Assembly: GCA_016748015.1 (NCBI GenBank)
Contig: JAAOMT010000289.1
Span: 68,131-132,130, forward strand
Reading direction: 5' to 3'
DNA: 64,000 bases
DNA from: Geosiphon pyriformis uo1
Lineage: Eukaryota; Fungi; Glomeromycota
Shown here in pieces: positions 25,601-39,252 of the stretch. Numbering within the stretch: the stretch's first letter is position 1; each line of letters begins with the position of its first letter. The notes below the pieces were generated by a model, which made no database searches, was not told where the DNA came from, and saw nothing but the letters and a program-made list of their open reading frames with translations. A program made the position numbers and the translations under genes.

Positions 25601-28600
25601 AAGTTTTATTCTCCTATTGGTCTATTTTTTTATTTGTTTTTTTTATTTTTTATTTGTACTTTTTTATAAATAATACTGCTCACTATAAATTTATTATGAA
25701 AAATTGGCTTAGTATTTAACTAATATTTTTTTGAGCTGAAAAAAAGACTGTATATATAATTAAATTATATTAGATTTATATACTATATTAAGACTATTTA
25801 AGATACATTAATTATTTATATATTTTAATTTAATCAATTTATAATAAACTTATTTGGTATATTATTTTTTCAAGAACTAGTAATTTTTAGATAATCAGAT
25901 TTAGATGGCTGGATTTAGAACATTAATTGTAAATCAATAATATCAATTGTAATTATAATCAACATAATCAAAAATAGATCAATTAATTATATTTCTTGGT
26001 AATCATTTTTTAATTATTAATTGCAGATCTAAAATGTTAGATTGTTTTAATAAGAATATATAAGAATCTTGGAGCATAACAAAATCTATTGTTATTAGAT
26101 TACATATGTTAATTGTTTATTTTTATTGGTTTTTTTAGTTTGCTAAGATTTTTTTGTATTTAACTTGGTTAAATTATTAGATTATGCTATATTTTATTGT
26201 TGTAATTGAATTAATTACTGATTATTTATTTTTAGATTGTTAACTGATTTTGTTAATTAAGTGCAATTATATAAACCTTTTTTACATAATTTTAATACTA
26301 ATTTCTATTATATATGTTGTAATTTTTACATTTTTTAATGTAAAAATCTTCTAATAATAATAATAACTGCAATATATTAGTTCTTTTTAGTAGTAATAGT
26401 TAATGGTCTTATTAAATTAATTTCTACTTTGTCAAATAGTCCTCTTATTTTAATAGATTATAATAATTTGGTTGCATTTAAATTTTTTTTTTTGACATAT
26501 ATTACAATTGCAAACATATTAAATAATATTAATATGTATTTTTGGCTAGTAGTATTAATTAGTTGTTTACTAAATTGTGGCTTTTTTTGCAAAGTGTTCT
26601 GTATTTGGATCTGAGTATATATTGTAGAAAATAATTTTTTTTTAGTTTTAGTAATTACTTGGAATAAATTATGTTGGTGGTATTAGTATAGTCTATTGTT
26701 TTCAATTAAGTAATATTTAACTTGTTTTTGAATTTTTGTTTGTTTTTTTAATAATAATTTTGTTGGTAATTGGAGAATTATAAGATAATATATCAGGTAT
26801 TAATGTGTTTTGGTGTTTATTTTGATCATGTAGCAAGTAATTTTTGATGGTTATATATGTTTTATTTAAGATAAACAGTTTGTATTTGTGTTCTTGGTTC
26901 TTTTTTTGTAAATAATGTTATATATATAAAATTGTAAAATAGTAACTCATTTGGCATAATATCTTTTTAAAAGATTTTTGTTTATCAATCAAATAAGTCT
27001 TTTGTAATCTGTAATAATATTGAATAAGTTATGTAGCAAATATTGTTTGAAATATTTTATGGTCTATACAATTACAAAACATTCTATTTTATAAGCTACA
27101 TAATTTTTTTTGACTTTTGCTAACATATATAACTATGTATTTTTTTTATCTTATTGTGATAATACAGCACTTAGATTTGTTTTAAAGACATTAATTGTAA
27201 ATACAAATTTTTTAGTAAAGTTAAATATACTAAGATAAAAGTTTTAGTAAGTCTTTGCTTTAGGTAGTTAATACTTATTCTTGTTTTTTACTTCATTTTT
27301 GTGTTATATTTTTGGCTAATAATTAATTTAGCAATTAAGCCACTGTTAAGAAGTCTTTAATAAATCTTTGATAATATAAAGTGAATTTTAAAAATTCATG
27401 AAATTCAGTTAGATTCTGAAAGCAAAGAAAATTTTTGACTTTCTCAATTTTTATAGAGTTGGGTTTTATTCTTTTTTTTTTAATAATATGCTTTAAAAAG
27501 ACAAGTTGTAATTTTCTAAAGAAGTATTTTTTGGGATTAAGTTTTAGTTTAATAGTCTGAAGTTTTTCAAAAACTTGTTGTAAATATTTAAGATGCTTCT
27601 CAAATATTGGCAAAAACACATTTGTGTTGTTTAAATAGACTACTACAGATTTTCACAAAATTTTAATATAGACAATATTCATTAGCCATTAAAATATCAC
27701 AGAAATATTGGTTAATCTAAATAGCATTATATTAAATTTATAATTATTATTTTGAATTGTAAACATAGTTTTTTCTTAGTTGTTAGAGTTTATAATTACT
27801 TGTTAATATTTACTAGCAAAATCTAAGGTTGAAAACCATTTGAATTTTTCTAGAATATTCAAAATTTTATTAATTCATAATAAAAGATAAACATTTTTTT
27901 TAGTAACATTATTGAGTTCTTTATAGTCAATACAAAATTGGATTGTTCTATTTTTTTTTTGTACTAAGATGACAAATAAAGACCAAAAACTTATAAAAGA
28001 TTATATAAGCCCATTTTTTAACATTCAATTGACTTTTTTTTTTGTAAAATTATGTTCAGATGATAGTACTTAATAAATATATTGCTTAATAGATAATATA
28101 TTTTTTGTATAAATCTGATAATAAACCAAATTGGTTTGTCCAAACTTATTTTTTTTGGCAAAAATGTTTAAATATTTTAAGATAAATACTTTTAATTGTC
28201 TTTGTTGTAAAGAGTTTAATGATCTAAAATTAAGCTTAATTAATTCTTTACTAATCATTTAATAGCATTTAGTATTTGGTCTTAATAGGTTTAGTTTAGT
28301 TTTATAATATAATACCAACTGGAGAAAATCAAAAATTTCCTAAAATTCATGTTAATTAATAATGTTTATGTTCAGATATCTTAAAATTATATTTTTAGAT
28401 AAGTATATAGTTTTTTTAAATAAGTTATAAATAGATATTTTTATTTGCAAATAGCTATAATATAATATATACAGATTAATAAAACCAATTAGAAATTGTT
28501 TACAAAAAAAAATATGCAGTTTGAATAAAAAATTTGTTGTCTTTTTATATGTATTAAATAAGTATATTCTAAATGATAAGATTGTAATTATTTTATTGAT

Positions 28601-29343
28601 TCAAATTATGTCTAAGTTTTTCTGTATTGTTTATATGTAGTCAACAAATAGTGTAATTGTTTTCATAAAACCAAAATCTTGGGTTTTATGTTTAGTCTCT
28701 TTTAGTTTTTTTAGATCTTAGTGATAATTAATCTGGTAATTCAAAGTAAAGATAAAAAAATTACTTGTGTAATTCTTTTTTTTAATTTAATTACATATAA
28801 TTGATTTAATTTGTTGTGTAATAAAACTATAAAATTTTTTGTGTATTTGAAGTTTATAATTTCTCCTTTAATATTAATTTTTTTCTAACTAAATTAGATT
28901 GAGAGACTATTTGTATTATGGTTTCAATTGGTATTTTAAACATTATTTTTAGGTCAATTCTGGTAACAACAAATGGTTTCAACATTAGTGTTTGATTTTT
29001 GGAATATTAGAAATCAAATTCAATATTAGTTAAATGTGTCTATTCTGAAAAAATTCTTTAATTGCTGTTAATAAAGCATTTAATGTTTAATTTTTGTTAA
29101 AAATTAATAAAAATATGCAAGTTATTTAATAGCATGTCTAGTGTTTGTAAGATTATATCTTTTGCTTTATGGTTTGAATAATTTTCAAATTAAGCTGTTT
29201 TTTTAAATAATTTAAACTGGAGTTAATAATTAAAATATCATTGTAATTAACAAAAGATTAAGCAGTTCTTATACAAATAAGTATTTATCTGTACAAGATA
29301 TTGTTTCTGTTCTTTTTGTATTGGACAAAGTTCTTAATAATAA
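22700..29343 (-). mobile_element. Very decayed Ty3/Gypsy element G (left boundary uncertain), outermost host of the nest
   Basis: LTR end/PPT-like junction at about 23613-23625, ORF3 end NFDGA*F*, integrase tail HLEPIIIIK at about 24440, RT fragments 27335..27619 and 28070..28258, dUTPase traces at about 28660-29050. Confidence 0.65.
24977..25675 (-). repeat. Solo LTR of an E-related family inserted in the integrase region of G
   Basis: Left part aligns with the reverse complement of the E LTR 3' end; flanks CTAC/CTGC fit a TSD with one transition; no PBS or PPT next to it. Confidence 0.7.
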
Positions 29344-30348
29344 TATTACAAATTAACTTAATGGGGTATGGTAGTAACATTTGGTGCTCTAATTTAGTAT
29401 TCTAAGATTATATGTTTTCCACAGGATTAATGTTTATTAGTCTCTGAAGGTTTTTTCTGGATAAGAATTTACCTGTTGAGTTCTTTGGTTATAAGGCACA
29501 AAGTTTGTCTTTCATCAATTATAATGTTTTCCATAAATATGAGCTTTCTTTTTCACGTTAATGAGTGCAGTCATTAGGGTTCAGTGTTGTCTTGTCATCC
29601 TTTTGGTAAGCTACCAAGATAACATTAATATTCAAAACTTAGGGGGAGCTTCTTTTTTTTACCAGGTTATTACAAAGTCTATTTCAAGACAGTCAATTTT
29701 TCTATGTTGCTGCTCCAAACAAAAAAAAAAAAAAAAAAAAAAAAAGAATTAGTTTCTATCAATTGCTGTGATCAAGAGTGATTGGTCCAAATCATTAAAA
29801 ATTCAAGGCATTTATGCTAATGGCATCTGTCTTGGAACAAAGATAGGAAATACTGATTTTAATTTCAATTAAAATCCATAAGGTTGGAAAACATGAATTG
29901 GTAAATTGGATTTTGTGTTTTTGATAATTATTGTATTTCGAACTATGAATATATAATAAGTAGAATACAAAGTAAAATTAATTTCTAATTAACTGTCTAA
30001 CTAACTGTCTTTTCAACTTCTATAACTATTTGCTTTTATATATTCTTTTGGTTTTACAGGATTGTTTTCAATTGCTTTACTATTGCTAGCTATTGTTTTG
30101 TTATTGTTAGCTATTGCTCGTTATTGCTAGCTATTGCTTGTTATTGCTATTTATTGCTTATTATTGGTGACTATTGCTCGTTATTGCTATCTATTGCTTG
30201 TTATTGCTAGCTATTGCTCATTATTATTAGCTACTGTTTGTTATTATTTGCATTTGTTTTATGTTATTTCGAGTTGTACTGCATTTTTTTTGTCACATTT
30301 TTTTGTCACATTTTTTCATAGCTTTTTGGTTTTTCTACTTAAGTAACA
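29344..30348 (-). repeat. 3' LTR of element D
   Basis: Homologous to A and B LTRs; ends AAGTAACA, followed by a PPT-like tract. Confidence 0.88.
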
Positions 30349-30360
30349 TTATTTTTTTCT

Positions 30361-31105
30361 TTTAGAATTGAGCTTCTGCAAAATCGTATGTATCTGTTCC
30401 TATGTCTTTATTTGTGTAATGTTTGATGGTTGCATTGAGTATTGTTTTTTGTAGGTCTTTGAACTGTCGATTGGTAATTCATCCTATGTTGTTAACTGTT
30501 ATTGTCTTTATAGATCTATACAACAGTATGTTTGGACAGTGTTGGAAAGTGGTGTATAGTTGGTATGCTGCTTTGTAATATAGGTTTAGGTTCTTCTTCC
30601 TATGAATTTTTCTACTTGTTGTATTGCTTCTTTGTTGAAAGTTTTCTGGCTGAAGTCTCTATATAGTGTTTTTAAGTTTAATTGTTCACTTACTTTGTAG
30701 AACCAATAAGTTGGAGGAAGTTTTTCTTTTTATTCCTTTGTATTGTCTGGTGTCCATTCTCCTGTTTTAGAGAGATTGATCTCATAAGCTAAAGCTTCTT
30801 TGATTTCTTCCAGCTCAGGAACCAAGTATCTTCTTTTATAAACTTTTTCTTGTTCCTTCATGCTTTCTTTAAGCCCTGTTCAAGACAATTTAATTCTTTT
30901 TTGTAAAATTCTTTTCTCAGGTAGGGTGTAGGAATAGGAACAATTAGTTTTAATTAAACTCACACCTATTCCTTTCTTGTTCCTATCTTTATAGCATATT
31001 TTTTTTCTATTAATTGTCACTTCTATTTGAGCAGAAAATTGTTGAATTGCATCAAATAATTGTTTTGAGAGTTGTAAAATTTGATCTGACAAGTCTATGT
31101 TGAAA
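30361..31105 (-). pseudogene. Accessory ORF3 of element D
   Basis: ORF 30880..31092 plus downstream YYKAAYQLYTTFQHCPN..FAEAQF*, colinear with B ORF3. Confidence 0.8.
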
Positions 31106-31178
31106 GTTTTATTGTTTCTTGCTGTTTTTCAGATGCTATATATATTTGAATTCCCTAATTTAATTTGCTACATGTTGT

Positions 31179-34100
31179 CTATGTTTCAATGATAATAATT
31201 GGTTCCAGATTTCATGGTATATCTTCTAGTCTGATTAATGAAATTTGTGTTCCTAGCTAAGGTACTGATAATAATAATTCCTGTTTTGCATGATAAATTT
31301 TTAACCAATTTCTATGTGCTACTTTCTTTAAAATTCTGTTTTCCAATTATAATTTGTAAGCTCTATTTTCTAAAGCTTTGTGTATGTAGAATAAATTGTC
31401 CTACTTTGGGTCAAACTTTCCACTCTATTGTTTTTCTACTTTTGTACAATGTAATAGTACTTGGTCTCCAATCTTAAATTCCATTGGTTGTTTGAATAGA
31501 CAATTGTTATGTTTTTCTTTTTGTTGTTCTTGAGCATTACTAATATTGTCAGCTGCTATTCTACGATTGTTTTCTAATGTTTCCATTAGCTGGTATGTTC
31601 TTTGGTATAAGGTATCTTCAAAATTTTCTTTGTTGATAGTTTTTGTTGGGTAAGACACTATTTTTTATTCAATAAGTAACATTGCTTTTCTTCTATAGAC
31701 TAATTCGAATGGTGTAAACTGTGTTATATTTTGCTTTAATGTTTGATATGCAAAGAGTACTGAAGGTATGAATAAGTCCCATTCTTGTTCGTTTTTGTAA
31801 CTTATTTTTGCTAATGCTTTACATAATGTCCTGTTAAACTATTTCACCAGTCTATTTGTTTATAGGTAATATGGTGATAATAGAGGTCATTTTATACCAA
31901 AACATTGACTCAATTTAGTTAATATAGTATTGACAAAATGTGTTTCTTGGTCTGATAACAGTTCTTTCAGGCATCTATGTCTACATATGAGATTTTGGTG
32001 TACAAATTCAGCTACTGTTTTGGTGTCAGTTACTTGGATTGCTCTGGCTTCTGGTTATTTTGTCAAATAGTCTATGGCTACAGCAATATAATAATTTCTT
32101 TTGAATGTTATGAAAAGAAGACCAACCAAATTGATTCTGATTCTATCAAATGGATTTCCAACTAGAATGGATTAAAGTGGTTCTGTTATTCTGGCTCCTT
32201 CTCTTTATTGACATGAGTCATAATTGAGAACATATTCAAAAATATTCTTATATATTATAGGCCAATAGTATAAATTTGTTGTTTTTTCAGAGTTATGTCT
32301 TTGTTGAAATGTCCTGTAGTTGGGTCAAAATACATACTATATAATATAGCTTTTTTTTCACTGTTCTTGATCAATTGTTATGGAGTGGTGTGGTTTTGTT
32401 GTTCTTAACAATAGAATTGACCATTTTGAATAAAGTAATTTTGCACTTGTTTTTGTATAGTATTTTGTTCTTGTTGAGATAATATCTCCTTGAAACATAG
32501 TGTTAATAGATACTGATGTAATTGCTGATAAATAAGTGTGTTCATGAGTCCAAGATTAGGTTTGTGGCATCTTCGACAAACTGTTGGCATTGGTATTCTT
32601 GGATTCTTCTTTGTAATAGACTTTGAGTGAGAATTGTTGTAGATAAGTACTCTATTTTACATATTTTTTTTCCAGCTGTGGGTTATTGAGTAGCCAGATT
32701 AATCTTTTATGATTAGTATATAGGTCAAATGGTTGGCTCAGATAATGTTTCCAGATTTGTACTGCCCAATAAATGGCAAGACATTCCAAGTCTGTTGCAC
32801 TATATATCTTTTATGCTGGACTTGTACTACAGTTAGTATATGCAATTGGATGTTCCTTTTTGTCTGGTCCAATCTGAGATAAGATGGTTCCTAGTGCATT
32901 TTTTGAGACATCTATAGCAACAATAAAATGTTTGGTAAAATCTGAGTAGATCAATACTGGAGAGATAAATAACCACTGTTTGAGATAGTCAAATGCTTTT
33001 TGTTGTTTCTCCTTCCATCAGTATAGTATATGCTTAGATAGCAAATGATGAAGTGGTTTTGTGATGGTTGAAAAACCTTTGACAAACTGTTGATAATATC
33101 TTACTAATCCCAGAAATTCATGTAGTTCTCAAAAATTGATGGGAGCTGGGAAATTTTTGACTTTTTGGATTTTGTCTGGATCGGGTTTGACTTCATCTTT
33201 GCTGATTACGTGTCCTAAAAATTTCAGTTCAGTTTTCCCAAAGAAGCATTTGTTAGAGTTAAGTTTTAGTTCAGCATTTCGAAAACATTCGAAAACTTGT
33301 TGAAAGTGTAGCAAATGTTCATCAAACATTTCTGAGAACACATTTGTGTTGTTTAAATAAACTATGACTGATTTTCATAGGATTTCCTTATATATGACAT
33401 CCATAAGACACTAGAAGGTGGCAGGAGCATTGCAGAGTTCAAAAGGCATTACATTGAATTCAAAATTTCCATTTCGGGTGGTGAATGCTATTTTCTCTTT
33501 TTCTTTCAGATCTATTTTGACTTGCCAATATTTACTGGCTAGATCTAGTGACAAAAACTATTTTTTTTTTCCTAAGTTGTTTAGGATTTCTTAAATAAGA
33601 AGAGTGGAATAGCTATCTTCTTGGATAATACTATTTAATTTTTGGTAATCCACACAGAATTATATCTTTCCATTTTTCTTGGTAACTAAGACCACTGAAG
33701 AGGACCAAAGGCTTAATAATTCTTTAATCAGTCCATTGTCAAGCATTCATTGTACTTTCTGTTTAATCAGATTATCGCCAGATGGGGGTACTTGGTAAGC
33801 TTGCTGCTTAATAGGTTGAGCATCTTCAGTATCAATCTGGTGTTTTACAATGTTGGTGCATCTAAACTTGTTTTTGCTGGCAAAAACATTGGCATATTGG
33901 TTCAATAGAATTTTAAGTTGCATTTGCTATAAAGTGCTCAGATTTCTTAAATTGAGTTTATTGATTTCTTCTGGTGTGAACAAGTAATTTTCCTTTGACA
34001 GGTTCTATATTTGTGAGGTAATGTTACAAAACAAGAACAATTGAGTGAAATCTGAAATGGGCTGGGATTTTTCTGGATTTTAAATATCTGAAAATATAAA

Positions 34101-37100
34101 ACCAATAAGAGTTCCCTCAGGAATTTTGATAATGTTTTTGATTGGATTGTGGATAGAAATTTTAAAGTGTTTATGAGCTTTGGCTGGTAAGTACAGGTTA
34201 GTGATATTGGTTAATAAGCAGATCTTGGAATTAGCCTTAAAGACTAATAATTGGTTTTGAATCTTTCGGTCAACTTTGAGAATATACTGCTGATAAAAAA
34301 AGATGGAAATGATGGTGTTGGTGTAGATAAGTTCTACCTGGTTACTATTCTCCTCTATAAAATTGACCATTACATTCCCTCTTCCACTTGAGCCAAACCG
34401 CTTGATTCTTTGGGCAGTAAAGCCTAATTTTTTTTAAGTGGTAACTGGGGCTAATTGGGATATTTTGATTAAAGGTAGGAAGATGGCTTGGGCAATTTTT
34501 TTGTGAGATTTAATCTTGTAGGGTTTGTTTGAATTGTTCTGTAGCATCACAATGATGTTTTCTGTATATTTGGCATCAATAATTTCTCCTTTTACATTGA
34601 TTCTTTTCTTTGCAAGATTTGATCTAGACACTATTTGTACCATGGTGCTAACAGAAATTTCTAATGCTATCTTGAGATCTATTCTTATTAGGGAATGTAG
34701 AGCTATAACTATAAATGACTGTTCAGAGTATCTTAAGTCAAAACTCGCATCAGTCTTATGTGCTTTTTCTGGGCATATTCCTTTGTCATCGTCACTGTAC
34801 CACTTTAATTCTAATTTTTTGGAAAAATTGGGATATGCAAGATATTGTTCTATTTTAGTAGTCTGATTCAGCTCTTGAAATAATATGTTCTTGGCGAGTA
34901 ATTCCTCTTTTTCCTCAGGCTCAAGTAATTTAGTGATTGGATATAAGATTCTGAAAGGCAGGTTGAATATGAGATTATACTTATCGCAGTATTGAAAGTG
35001 GCAAGAAATTAAGCAGTAATCACATAGTTTGGTATTTAGATTAGCTAGCCACTGTTCTTACTCTTCTTGGGTCAAGGCCAATTCTTGATATCAGTTCTGA
35101 AATACATTGGGGTCATCTGTGACAAAATCATCTGCAGGATAGTTGGGTCCATTATATTCGGGCATCCAAGGATTGTTTTTAATTTCTTATATTTCTTTGG
35201 ACATGGTGCCTTCAGCTTTGGTGCTTGTCATTTTCCAAATTTCGTAATTATTGTGTGAATAATTGTCTAGTCTATTGAGTGCTTATTTCCAAGCATTCTC
35301 AATGGGAGTTTCCTTTCATACCCAATTGTTGATTAATATGGTGTATTGACAAGCCTTGTTGTATGTTTTTCCTCTGCTAGGCACATCATTTCAGAGTTTT
35401 TCATTGGGCAGGATCTTATCACATGTGAAACACAGTGTGTTATTCTACTTGTTTTGTTGTTTTGGTTGTTTAAATCTTTTCAGTAAACAAGATCTGCAGT
35501 AGTATTTGGTGGCAATAGGCCATTCTTCATTGTTTCCAATACATGCATCCATAATGGATAGCTTCTTTCCACAATTGACACATATTAGTCTTGGAGGTTG
35601 GTAAAATAAATTTCTTTGGTCTGAAGTTACATATCCTAGTAATAACAATTGGGATTCTTCTTTGGCTCTGCTTTTTCCTTTTTCTTCTCAGGTTGGTGGT
35701 AAGAATAGTTTAATTTAATAATTGTCCACCCATGAAACCTGATAGATCTTGATGGTTGGCAGTAGTAGTGTATCTTCAAATTCAATAAGGAGTTCCTTAG
35801 AATGTTGGGTTTTAAAGTGTCTGCACATAGCTGAGACTTGGACATGCTGTCTGTTGAACATGAATTGAAGTTCTTAGGTGTTTCAGTTGAGAGTAGCATT
35901 GGGTTTTGACAACCAATCATTTTCTACCAGAGCTTAATATTGAGTAGCTTCTATGATGAGTACTTTAGTAGGGATCTAGATTCCATTAATCTCGAAGAGG
36001 AAATTGTCAATTTCTTCTATTGGGGTTTTTGTGTTTCTATTCGCTGTAATGATCTGAGTGGTAGTAGCATAGTCTATTCAGTAATCTAGTTGGTCTATGA
36101 ACTGTTTCGTGATTATGTTACCAGTTGATCTACTATCCAGGATTAATTTAATGTCTATTCCTCTGACTCTAATGTCAGTGTATATGGCTGTTATTGGTTT
36201 ATTTTGATTGATGACTGCTTTACTAAAAAGGCTATGGGTGTTCAAATTATTGATGTCAAAAGAAAATATGGCAGCTAGAGTGGTGTTCTTGGTAATAGTG
36301 GCTGGTGGAATATTACTTTTTGTTGGCTTAGAAGATTGGGAGATTTGTTCTATATTCCTCCCTTCCACAAATGTAGATTTATCAAAACCCTGGTTTTCCA
36401 TGAGACCAAAATAGAAAGCTTGATTCGGGTATTCAGTTGGTGCTGGTCAAAATTGGGCAGGGCTGTGAGAGATTGGTCAAGACGGTCCGCTGTTGGTTTG
36501 CATCTAATTGTTGTTGGAATTCCTTCATCCCTAATTATAGTCTATGGCTCGAGGTCTAAGTTGGCTGTAAGAGGAAGTTTGATAGTGAAGGATTGCTTGT
36601 GTTATTGGTGATAGTTGATAATAATTCTAGGGTAGTAGTTAAATGTACAGGACTTGTTGTGCATACTGGGATGGTTAATTTTAAGGTATAAAATATTGGA
36701 ATATTATGTTTTGCTAATGTCTTGGTTGCTGGTATTGGTTTCCTTAATTTTGGTTCATTATCTTCTTTCTGCAGTCACAGACAATGTGTTCAGGTTTTTG
36801 GCAGTAGTAACAGTTGTGGGGATCAGATCTCCAAGGTTGTTGCTGTTGCTGATGGTTCTGTTGCTGTGAGTATCTGCTGTTGTTATTATTTTCTTTTTAT
36901 TGTGGTGGTTGGTAAGTTTCTATGGTTCCGGCTAAGAATTTCTCAATTTTCTGAGTTAATTTCTCACTTAATTGGGTTATTTTTGCGTTGATGTCAGAAG
37001 TTCTATTAATGGCTAAATTTACAGCTTGGGTATAGTTCACTTCTTGTTCTGTGGATTCAAAATTGCGAGCAAGAGCAACTGTTTCTTGTAGGTTTGTCAG

Positions 37101-37431
37101 ATGGTGAGATCATATGGATCTTAAGAGACTGCTTCTTAGTCTTTTAATGAATTGATTGAGGACTTGCATAGTAGTATAATAATTCTGCTTGATGGCTAGG
37201 ATTTGTCGAAGGACTTAATTGAATCTTTCAAGATAAGTAGTTACTGCTTTATGGTTGTTTTGTTTTATTATACTAAATTGATTTTGCAATTAGATGAGTG
37301 TATTAAGGTCACAGAAGTATTGCAGAAATGTGCGTTTAAACCCAGTAAAGGAGATAGGTTTCTTTGCAAAGCTCTAATACTATGAATTAGTAGTTCTGGT
37401 CAGAAAGAACAGCAAGATCTAAATTGTGTGA
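31179..37431 (-). pseudogene. gag-pol of D (gag, PR ~35850-36200, dUTPase ~34375-34810, RT, RH, INT)
   Basis: ORF fragments 36078..36401 (LILDSRSTGNII), 34434..34643 (dUTPase), 33129..33341 (RT), 31425..31658 (INT). Confidence 0.9.
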
Positions 37432-38420
37432 TGTTACCAGAGGTTTTTGGTCTCTTTTTTTGAATGTTGTAACTGTTTGTTGGTTGCAAATTCACATTTT
37501 CTAGAAGTAGTTGAACCTTCAATAACTGAATTTATCTTCAAATTATCTCCTATAATTTAACTGCTGGGCTTATAAGCAGAATGGCCAATTCCTTGCCAGT
37601 TATTTTATGTAGTTACGTTGTAGTAAATGTCAACTCTTTCCCAGAAATTGCTCATCTGGAAGCTCACTAAAAATGTGTAGTTACTTTGCTGTAAAAGTCA
37701 ACTCTTCTACAGAAATCTTGTCTGTAGGCTACTCTAATGATTGTAATAAGAAAAGAAAAGAAAAATAAAAGAAATGTAAAAGAAATAGAATTTTATCAAG
37801 GAAAACATTTTCTATCCAGGCCTGGAGTCATTAACAGTTTACTGAAATTGGTAGCTAATCAATTTCAAAACGTTAGTTGGGTTTTGGGAATTTTCCAAGT
37901 GCAATAATTAAAGAATTTGGTTTTTCAAATTATTTGATATTTATTTCTTTTTGTGTGTATAGGAATGGTTCTAAGTGATAAATCTAAAGTAAGATACATT
38001 TTCTTGAAGAAAAAAGCTCTTTTTTTATACAACTTGTTGTAGTACTAGTCTATGAACTTGCACTTTTTCTCTTTGCTCAAATTTTGGTGAATTAAAGATA
38101 CATTTTGATGGACTACAAGTTATTTTGCTGAACTATTGATTAATTTGAATAAACTATTCATAATTTCGGCAAATTTCTATAAATTTCGGCGAATTTCTGT
38201 AAATTTCGGCGAATTTTTGAATGTTACAAAGTTCAAAGTATTGTGTAATTTGATCATCCTACTTTTTGTTATACTAATTGGATTATTTAATTGAATCGTG
38301 ATATGTAATAATTGATTAAATAATAAATGATAATTTGAAATGATATTAATATACTAATTAATTATAGGAATTATAAGAGTAATTTCATGCTAATTAATAG
38401 CTAAAATTCTACTGGTAACA
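37432..38420 (-). repeat. 3' LTR of element C
   Basis: TGTTACCAG...CTGGTAACA inverted termini; near-identical to 56534-57523. Confidence 0.95.
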
Positions 38421-38431
38421 TAATCTCCTCT

Positions 38432-39108
38432 TCAAGACTAAGCTCCATTAAAATCCAAGCACTATCTGTGATATTAAGATAGTGATCCAAAATAATTGAA
38501 GTAATCTGGTCTGAAAATTGTTGAAATTTCAGTTCTGTAAGTTTGCCAATGTATTGGACTTTCATTGGTTGCAGTATTGGATTTTATAGAACATTTTCAC
38601 AAGTATTAAACAAATCATAAAGTCTAAAAGCTGCTCTAAGTTTGTAGCAAGTGTTTGTTGGTCCAGCTGCTGTTTTGAATTCATTATGAATTTGTTTTTG
38701 TATAGCTTCAGGAATGAGATTTGTTGTTTTAAGTTCCAGTTTTCGTTTATAAAGTGTCTTTCCAATGTGAAAATATTTATAGATAAAAGTGTGTTCATTG
38801 TTCTGTTCATTGAGAAGTAGTAGAAGTTTTTGTTGCATTGTAGCATTTAGTGGAATGTTAATAAGGGCAATTAAAAAATTTTCTTCCAGTACTTGTTTCA
38901 AAAGTCTTGGTAACTTATTTTCAGAGTAACTTCTTGTTTTTCTTCTATAGGGGTGATAGTTCTGTAAATGATTTACTACTGGGGCTGTGGTTTCTTTCTG
39001 AATGTAATTAATTTGACTTTTATTAATTGTTATGGATAAGTCAGGAAGTGTTTTTAAGACTAACATTAACTTTTGGGATATTTGTTGAATATTTCGGAGA
39101 ATAATCAT
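38432..39108 (-). pseudogene. Accessory ORF3 of element C (about 225 codons; one stop and a likely late frameshift)
   Basis: ORF 38584..39108 and its continuation; YKYFHIGKTL and YKLRAAFRLYDLFNTCENVL match B ORF3. Confidence 0.8.
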
Positions 39109-39252
39109 GATAAAATTGACTAATTATGCAAAGGAAGAATAAAGAAAATTATTTTTGGATATGGGGTTTTTATTTGTTTTTGGGTTTGGGTGTTTTTTGT
39201 AATTATTTACTATTTTTTGTCTTTGTGTTTTTATTAAAATTATTGTAAAATT

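Noticed and set aside
34525-36991. Plus-strand ORFs over minus-strand elements (also 47107-50796, 52843-56217)
   Set aside because: Antisense shadows of gag-pol codon structure with inconsistent boundaries between copies.
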